DNA from: an uncultured Burkholderiales bacterium
Lineage (GTDB): Bacteria > Pseudomonadota > Gammaproteobacteria > Burkholderiales > SG8-41
NCBI GenBank assembly: GCA_963924885.1
Contig: CAWUUY010000369.1
Span: forward strand, 1 to 37,480
Reading direction: 5' to 3'
DNA length: 37,480 nucleotides
Shown here: positions 31,884 through 37,480 of the stretch, one piece after another
How positions within the stretch are numbered: position 1 is the stretch's first letter
Layout of the letters: the number at the start of each line of letters is the position of its first letter
Notes under the pieces: generated by a model
What the model saw: only the letters and a program-made list of their open reading frames with translations
Database searches by the model: none
What the model was told of the DNA's origin: nothing
Made by a program: the position numbers and the translations under genes

Positions 31884-34472
31884 CTACGCGGCTTTGCGCG
31901 TTTTGGCGGGCGCCTTTTTAGCGGTGGATTTTGCCGCAGGCTTGGCTGCGACTTTGGTCTCGGCGGCGGGTTTGGCGGGGGAGGCTTTCCCGCCGGCTTT
32001 CGCTCCAGCTTTTGGCTCGCGCGGCGCAAACTCAAACGACACCTTGCCATCACTCCCACGCACCAAAAAAGCTGAAAAGGGCCGGCCTTTTTTGCTGATG
32101 AATTTGTGCAGCAAATCGGTTTTACCTTCTTTCAGAAGCTTGGTGACCTGCTCGGGCTCGATGTTACGTTGCAGAATAATTTTACCGGTGCGGAAATCAC
32201 AGGTGCGCGGTTGCGCGGCAGATTTTTCGCAGATGTAGGCCATGCCGTGGTCGTAAACCTTGCTAGCGCATTTGGGGCACGTGCCGATGGATTCCTTGCC
32301 GGTGAAGTCAACCGGCGCGGCGTTTTCATTGGCCTGGCCGAAATCGAATTCGAGTTTGAGTTCGGCGTTTAACTTGATGTTGGCAGCGAAGGGGCGACCA
32401 AGGCGGCTGCGAAAGCCTTGCAGCGGGCCGATGCTCTTTTTGGCGATGAGTTCGTCAATCTCGGCGGGATCAAACTGCCGTCCTGCTAGAATTCGCCACA
32501 GAGAAAATTCGCATTTTTCGCACTGGAATTTTTTGTAGTTTTCAGAAATCGTGCCACCGCAGGCTGGGCATTTGGCTTTAAGCGTGACGTAATCGCCGGG
32601 CACGGATTCACTGTCGTGCGCTTTGGCGCGCTCAACGATATGGCGCGTCATCTTGCCGATCTCGCGCATGAAGGTTTCGCGTTTTAACTTGCCCTGCTCC
32701 ATCTGTTTTAACTTGTATTCCCATTCGCCGGTCATTTCGGGGGAAGCCAGTTCGGGGATTTCCAGTCCGCGCAGCAGCGTAAACAGCGCAAACGCCTTGG
32801 GCGTGGCCTGCAATTCGCGCCCCAGGCGCACCAGGTATTCTTCGGCAAGAAGTTTTTCAATGGTGACGGCGCGCGTGGCCGGCGTGCCGAGGCCGCGCTC
32901 TTTCATCGCGTCGCGCAGCTCTTCGTCTTCCACCAGCTTGCCCGCGCCTTCCATCGCTGACAGCAGCGTGGCTTCGTTAAAGCGCGCAGGTGGTTTGGTT
33001 TGCGTGGCGAGCACGTCGATTTTCTCGGTCTTTGCTTTTTCGCCTTTTTTCACCGCCACCAGATTGGGTGAGTCGCCGTCTTCGGCGGCGGCTTTGCCGT
33101 GCACCTCCAGCCAACCGGCGTTAACCAGCACCTTGCCTTCGCTCTTGAACGCTTCTTTTTCGACGCGCGTGATGCGCGTGGTCACCATGTATTCCGCGCT
33201 CGGATAAAACACTGCGAGGAACTGGCGCACCACCAGATCGTAGAGCTTGGTTTCTATTTCGTTCAGCGCTTTGGGCGGCTGTCCAGTGGGGATAATTGCA
33301 AAGTGATCGGAAATTTTGGCATTGTTGAAAATGCGCTTGCTGGATTTGACCCAGCCTTGCTTCAATATTTTTTTTGCAAATGGCGCGTATTCTGAATCGG
33401 ACAACACCTTCAGCGTTTCTTTCACCGTGTCGATATAATCTTCCGGCAGCGCGCGCGCGTCGGTCCGCGGATAGGTCAGCACCTTGTGTTTTTCGTACAG
33501 CGACTGCGCCAGCGAGAGCGTGGTACGCGCAGAGAAACCGAAGCGCCCGTTGGCCGCCCGCTGCAAACTGGTCAAGTCAAACAACAGCGGCGAGGCCTGG
33601 GTGGTGGGTTTGCTTTCTTCTTCGATAAGGCCGGGCTTGCTGTCACACTTGGCTTTGATCGCGGCGGCGCGCTGGGCATCCCATAGGCGCTCGGCACGAA
33701 GGTCGGGGTCCCCTTCGCCTTCTTTGGCATCCTTTTTCGCTTTGGCGAAATTTTCGTCGATCCAGCGGCCCGCGTACGAACCGTCGGCCACACCAAAGAC
33801 ACCATGCACCTCCCAATAATCCTTGGGCACGAAGCGTTTGATTTTTTCCTCGCGCTCGACCAGGATCGCCAGTGTCGGCGTCTGCACGCGGCCCACCGGC
33901 GTTTTGTGAAACCCGCCACTCTTGGAATTAAACGCGGTCATCGCGCGCGTGCCGTTGATGCCCACCAGCCAATCGGCCTCCGAGCGACAGATCGCGGCGT
34001 CGGCTAGCGGCAGCATTTCAGCGTCGCTGCGCAGATGCTTAAAGCCTTCCTTGATCGAGCCTGCGGTCATCGATTGCAGCCACAGACGCTGCACGGGTTT
34101 TTTGCTGCCTGCGTGATTGGCAATGTAACGGAAGATCAACTCGCCTTCGCGGCCCGCGTCACAGGCGTTGATGACCCCGGTCACATCCTTGCGCTTGAGC
34201 AATTTCGTCAGCAGTTTTAGGCGCGCTTCGGACTTTTCGATCGGCAACAAATCAAAATGTGGTGGAATTACCGGCAGATTGGCGAAAGACCATTTGCCGC
34301 GCTTAACTTCAAATTCTTCCGGCACGGCAATCTGCACAAGGTGACCGACCGCGGACGACAGCACAAAATCGGCGCTCTCGAAATAATCGTCGTGGCGCTT
34401 GAAGCCGCCGAGCACGCGGGCGATATCGCTGGCCACCGACGGCTTCTCAGCGATAATTAGTTGTTTTGACAT
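31884..34472 (-). CDS. topB: DNA topoisomerase III-type (type IA) with C-terminal zinc ribbons and a Lys/Ala/Pro-rich tail
   Basis: I placed the start at MSKQLIIAEKPSVA (34472). It has a Toprim domain, the active-site Tyr context LTYPRTDARALPEDY, the Cys4 motifs CPACGG...CEKC and CPKC...C, and the tail KAGAKAGGKASPAKPAAETKVAAKPAAKSTAKKAPAKTRKAA. Confidence 0.9.
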   Translation of the reverse strand: MSKQLIIAEKPSVASDIARVLGGFKRHDDYFESADFVLSSAVGHLVQIAVPEEFEVKRGKWSFANLPVIPPHFDLLPIEKSEARLKLLTKLLKRKDVTGVINACDAGREGELIFRYIANHAGSKKPVQRLWLQSMTAGSIKEGFKHLRSDAEMLPLADAAICRSEADWLVGINGTRAMTAFNSKSGGFHKTPVGRVQTPTLAILVEREEKIKRFVPKDYWEVHGVFGVADGSYAGRWIDENFAKAKKDAKEGEGDPDLRAERLWDAQRAAAIKAKCDSKPGLIEEESKPTTQASPLLFDLTSLQRAANGRFGFSARTTLSLAQSLYEKHKVLTYPRTDARALPEDYIDTVKETLKVLSDSEYAPFAKKILKQGWVKSSKRIFNNAKISDHFAIIPTGQPPKALNEIETKLYDLVVRQFLAVFYPSAEYMVTTRITRVEKEAFKSEGKVLVNAGWLEVHGKAAAEDGDSPNLVAVKKGEKAKTEKIDVLATQTKPPARFNEATLLSAMEGAGKLVEDEELRDAMKERGLGTPATRAVTIEKLLAEEYLVRLGRELQATPKAFALFTLLRGLEIPELASPEMTGEWEYKLKQMEQGKLKRETFMREIGKMTRHIVERAKAHDSESVPGDYVTLKAKCPACGGTISENYKKFQCEKCEFSLWRILAGRQFDPAEIDELIAKKSIGPLQGFRSRLGRPFAANIKLNAELKLEFDFGQANENAAPVDFTGKESIGTCPKCASKVYDHGMAYICEKSAAQPRTCDFRTGKIILQRNIEPEQVTKLLKEGKTDLLHKFISKKGRPFSAFLVRGSDGKVSFEFAPREPKAGAKAGGKASPAKPAAETKVAAKPAAKSTAKKAPAKTRKAA

Positions 34473-34614
34473 GGGTTTTCTAGGGATGCTCGCGCGAAAA
34501 TCGTGGTTTGCCGCAAGTGGCGGCCTAAAAGAGCGGCAGATAATAAGAACAAATCGGGACTGAGCGCAAGCGCAGCAAATCTTGACGCCGGTAGTGATCG
34601 CACCCCACAAAAAC

Positions 34615-34642
34615 AAAAATACTAATAAAAACAAATAGTTAT
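34615..34642 (+). repeat. AT-rich 28-nt element, copy C (overlaps the dprA stop codon; dprA-topB intergenic)
   Basis: AAAAATACTAATAAAAACAAATAGTTAT. The TTA at 34639-34641 is the dprA stop codon on the minus strand. Confidence 0.8.
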
Positions 34643-35718
34643 GATAGGCGTTGCCACAGGCCGCCAGCCAGGCTGGCAACCGCGCCTTCCAGCTCCAACT
34701 GGATCAGGGCCGCGCTGACCTCATGTACCGGCAACCCCGCGCGGCCAGCCAGCGTATCAATATCGCACGGATCATAGGCCATGTGAGCCAGTAACGGATG
34801 GCCGGGCGTGCCGGAAGCAGCCTTGGCTGCCGTACTGGCAGGCGCTGGCAGCCGGAGCTCGCCAAGGATATCCACCGCGTCATCCACCAGCTTGGCGCCC
34901 TGTTTAATCAGTACGTGGCAGCCCTTGGACAGGGTTGAGTGGATCGAGCCGGGAATCGCAAACACATCCTTGCCCAGTTCATTGGCGATGCGCGCGGTAA
35001 TCAAAGAACCGCTCGACAACGCGGCCTCCACCACCAGACAGCCGCGCGACATGCCGCTGATGATGCGATTACGGCGCGGAAAGTTCGCCGCCAGCGGCGG
35101 CGTGCCCAAGGGAAATTCCGAAATGATCGCGCCTTTTTCCGCGATGGCGTGCGCCAGATCACGATTGCGCGCGGGATAGACTTTGTCGAGTCCGGTGCCA
35201 ACGATGGCGATGGTGGAAGAAAGACCCGCCAGCCCGCCGCGATGCGCGGCGGCATCCACGCCCAACGCCATGCCGCTGACTATGCATAACCCGGCGTTAC
35301 TCAGGGCCGAGGCAAAAGATTCCGCCGTGAGTTTGCCTTGCGCCGTCGCATTGCGGCTGCCGACCACGGCGATCGCCGGCTGATTCAGCAAATCGCAGCG
35401 GCCTTTCACATAAATCAACGGCGGCGGATCGGCTGTTTGCAGCAGTGCCTGCGGGTATTCCGTGTCGGCCAGCGTGACCACATGGTTGTTCGCATCCGCC
35501 AGCCATGTTTCAACCGCTGCGGGATCGCCATACAAATCACCGTCGAGTATCGCATCGGCGATCTTGCCGCTGACCACGCGCGTCAACGCGGACCGGCTTG
35601 CCGCCAAGATCTGTTCGGGGCCGCCGAACGCCAGCAGGAGTTTACGGAACGATTCGCCTCCGAGCCCTTGCGTGAGGCTCAGCCGCAGCCAAGCCGCGAT
35701 GTCCGGAGCTAGCGGCAT
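34639..35718 (-). CDS. dprA: DNA-processing protein DprA (Smf)
   Basis: 359 aa with the Rossmann-like DprA core (VVGSRNAT...SGMALGVDAAAHRG...AIVGTGLDKVYP) and a C-terminal winged-helix-like region. Confidence 0.93.
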   Translation of the reverse strand: MPLAPDIAAWLRLSLTQGLGGESFRKLLLAFGGPEQILAASRSALTRVVSGKIADAILDGDLYGDPAAVETWLADANNHVVTLADTEYPQALLQTADPPPLIYVKGRCDLLNQPAIAVVGSRNATAQGKLTAESFASALSNAGLCIVSGMALGVDAAAHRGGLAGLSSTIAIVGTGLDKVYPARNRDLAHAIAEKGAIISEFPLGTPPLAANFPRRNRIISGMSRGCLVVEAALSSGSLITARIANELGKDVFAIPGSIHSTLSKGCHVLIKQGAKLVDDAVDILGELRLPAPASTAAKAASGTPGHPLLAHMAYDPCDIDTLAGRAGLPVHEVSAALIQLELEGAVASLAGGLWQRLS

Positions 35719-35766
35719 GGGCGGAGAATGCGCGCCGCCTGAGCCGCGCTCCTACAGAACCGGGGA

Positions 35767-36894
35767 TCAGGGATTAGTAACGACGTCCGTGATCGACACC
35801 GGGCGGCTGGATTCCATCACCAGCGCGAACGAGGCGCGGTCAAACGTGCGGAACACCATCACCAAGCCATAACGATTATCGGGCAGATTCGCCAGATCAG
35901 CGTCGTTGACTGGTGTCGTCGTGGGATATAGCGGGCCGTCGCGCGGCGTGAGTTTTTCTTCGTAATAGGGGCGTCGCTCGTCGCTGCCGCTCAGACCCTC
36001 GCGACCGAACATGGGGCTGGTGCGCAGATTGTAGCGGGCAGTATTCTGACTGCGGTAAAGCGCCATGACGTGGCCGACTTCAACGCCATCCTTGGCGCCC
36101 TTCGACAATGCGACGATGAAAAACTTGCCGGTTTCCCACAGGTTGTCATGCAGCGCCACCACGCGCCCTTGAACCTTGCTGTTCGGCGAACGCGGCACAT
36201 AGACAAATTGCGACGTTTCCTTGCCCACCGCGATCAAACGGTCGTCGGTGTAAATCTCCTGCACGGACTTGACGATTTCAACACGGCTGATGTCGCCGAA
36301 CTGACGCACGCGCGCCTCGCCCAGATACAACGCCATATAACCGAGCGTCGCCCCGCTGTCCGGGTCCACCAGTTTGTCGCCGCGGCGGTAGATATGCCAG
36401 TCCAAGCCCTTGTCTTTGGTCAGACCCTTGACGAAAGCGACGCTGCCGGCGCCCACGGCGACACGGCTTTCTTCCGTGGCCATGATGCGCGGCGCGCTAT
36501 CCAGTTCGGTTTCGCTGACGATCATGGGCCGCGATAAAAACGCGTTGATGGCGGAAGGATGGATGGTCGGCACCGCCTGGGTGAGATCCTCGCGGCGCAC
36601 GCTGGGCGAGAGTTTGACCGTGTCAACGCTCAAACGACCGGTGGCGCGATCCAGCACGATAATGTCGCCCGGGAAGATGCGATGCGGGTTGCGCACCTGC
36701 TCGCGATTCATGTCCCACAATTGCGGCCAGTTCCAGGGCTTTTCCAGATAGCGCCCCGAGATGCTCCACAGTGTGTCACCACGCTGGACGGTGTAACGAT
36801 CCGGCGCTTCGGCCTTGAGATCCTGCGCGCCAGCAAAGGCGGTCAGAAGGAAGGAGGCGGCAAGAACCAGCAGCGATATAATCTTGGTTTTCAT
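35767..36894 (-). CDS. LysM peptidoglycan-binding domain-containing protein (secreted)
   Basis: 375 aa with the signal peptide MKTKIISLLVLAASFLLTAFAGA and the LysM motif YTVQRGDTLWSISGRY. It has the conserved position next to dprA/def. Confidence 0.88.
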   Translation of the reverse strand: MKTKIISLLVLAASFLLTAFAGAQDLKAEAPDRYTVQRGDTLWSISGRYLEKPWNWPQLWDMNREQVRNPHRIFPGDIIVLDRATGRLSVDTVKLSPSVRREDLTQAVPTIHPSAINAFLSRPMIVSETELDSAPRIMATEESRVAVGAGSVAFVKGLTKDKGLDWHIYRRGDKLVDPDSGATLGYMALYLGEARVRQFGDISRVEIVKSVQEIYTDDRLIAVGKETSQFVYVPRSPNSKVQGRVVALHDNLWETGKFFIVALSKGAKDGVEVGHVMALYRSQNTARYNLRTSPMFGREGLSGSDERRPYYEEKLTPRDGPLYPTTTPVNDADLANLPDNRYGLVMVFRTFDRASFALVMESSRPVSITDVVTNP

Positions 36895-37047
36895 ATAAGT
36901 ACCCCAATGACAGTAACGTCAGGTTGGCTCCGTGCACCGCAGACCGTCCGCAGAAACGCTGCGAGGACGAGCGGTTTGTTGTACGCACGCAACATGACAT
37001 TTTGGTTTAAATTCTGCATCTAGTGAATTCTATTAGCAAGATTTTTT

Positions 37048-37480
37048 GTGGCCAAGCTCCCTATTTTATTGTATCCAGACTTGCGGTTGCATACCGTGGC
37101 CGCCAAAGTCACGCAGGTCGATGACAAAATTCGTCAATTAATCAAGGACATGGGTGAAACCATGTATGCCGCGCCCGGAGTTGGTCTTGCCGCAACACAG
37201 GTGGACGTCCATCTGCGGATTATTGTCATCGACAGCTCTCCTACGCACGATCAGTTGCACGCCTTCATTAACCCGGAACTCCTTGAATTGTCAGGAGAAG
37301 CGGACTGCGAGGAAGGCTGTCTGTCGGTGCCCGGCATCTACGAAAAAGTGACCCGCGCGCAACGTATCCGCGTGCGCGCGCTCGACGAAAACGGCGTGCC
37401 GTTTGAACTGGACGCCGAAGGCTTGCAAGCGGTGTGCATTCAGCATGAAATGGATCACCTCGACGGCAAGGTGTTTGTCG
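37048..37480 (+). CDS. def: peptide deformylase, N-terminal about 144 codons (runs off the right edge)
   Basis: The manual translation from GTG 37048 is [11 protein letters not shown]...[10 protein letters not shown]...EGCLSVPG...[13 protein letters not shown], which contains all three Def motifs. It is absent from the track because no stop codon falls in the window. Confidence 0.93.
   Translation, partial: MAKLPILLYPDLRLHTVAAKVTQVDDKIRQLIKDMGETMYAAPGVGLAATQVDVHLRIIVIDSSPTHDQLHAFINPELLELSGEADCEEGCLSVPGIYEKVTRAQRIRVRALDENGVPFELDAEGLQAVCIQHEMDHLDGKVFV

Noticed and set aside
34473-34679. A 69-codon N-terminal extension of the topB ORF (MPAWLAACGN...) that overlaps the dprA end.
   Set aside because: The conserved topoisomerase N-terminus starts at MSKQLIIAEKPSVA (34472). 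The extension runs through the A/T element and the dprA stop region, and its hydrophobic nonsense peptide comes from the T-rich motif.

Overview
This is an origin-proximal core chromosome segment from a GC-rich (about 60% by eye) proteobacterium. It looks beta-like, because dnaA-dnaN-gyrB has no recF between dnaN and gyrB. Left to right on the plus strand: the priA 3' end, argS, a SPOR-domain gene, two tandem dsbA paralogs and an SDR oxidoreductase. A long minus-strand block follows: glmS, glmU, glpD, the complete atpIBEFHAGDC operon, parB-parA-rsmG-mnmG, two parS sites, then mnmE-yidC-rnpA-rpmH. The strand switches at rpmH|dnaA, with dnaA-dnaN-gyrB on plus. After that come minus-strand genes for a VOC/epimerase-like protein, an ornithine-cyclodeaminase-family protein, topoisomerase III, dprA and a LysM protein, and the def 5' part runs off the right edge. 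I saw no rRNA, tRNA, CRISPR, IS or prophage signal. Most other track ORFs are antisense or out-of-frame shadows typical of high-GC DNA. Two observations stand out. (1) The second dsbA paralog has one in-frame TGA that aligns exactly with the first Cys of the CxxC active site (FFWYG-TGA-PFC). A 7-bp hairpin with a GU-containing loop starts 16 nt downstream. This is either a candidate selenocysteine DsbA/DsbL-like protein or a very recent pseudogene. (2) A roughly 28-nt, almost pure A/T element (AAAAATAyCAATAAAAACAaATAgTTAc) occurs at least 8 times in both orientations. Four copies lie in short intergenic gaps. Four lie inside unrelated CDSs (SDR, glmS, glpD, rsmG), in all three reading frames and apparently without lengthening the proteins (judged for glmS, rsmG and the SDR). 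That pattern points to a DNA-level selected word, such as an uptake-sequence-like or nucleoid-protein site, of unknown function.
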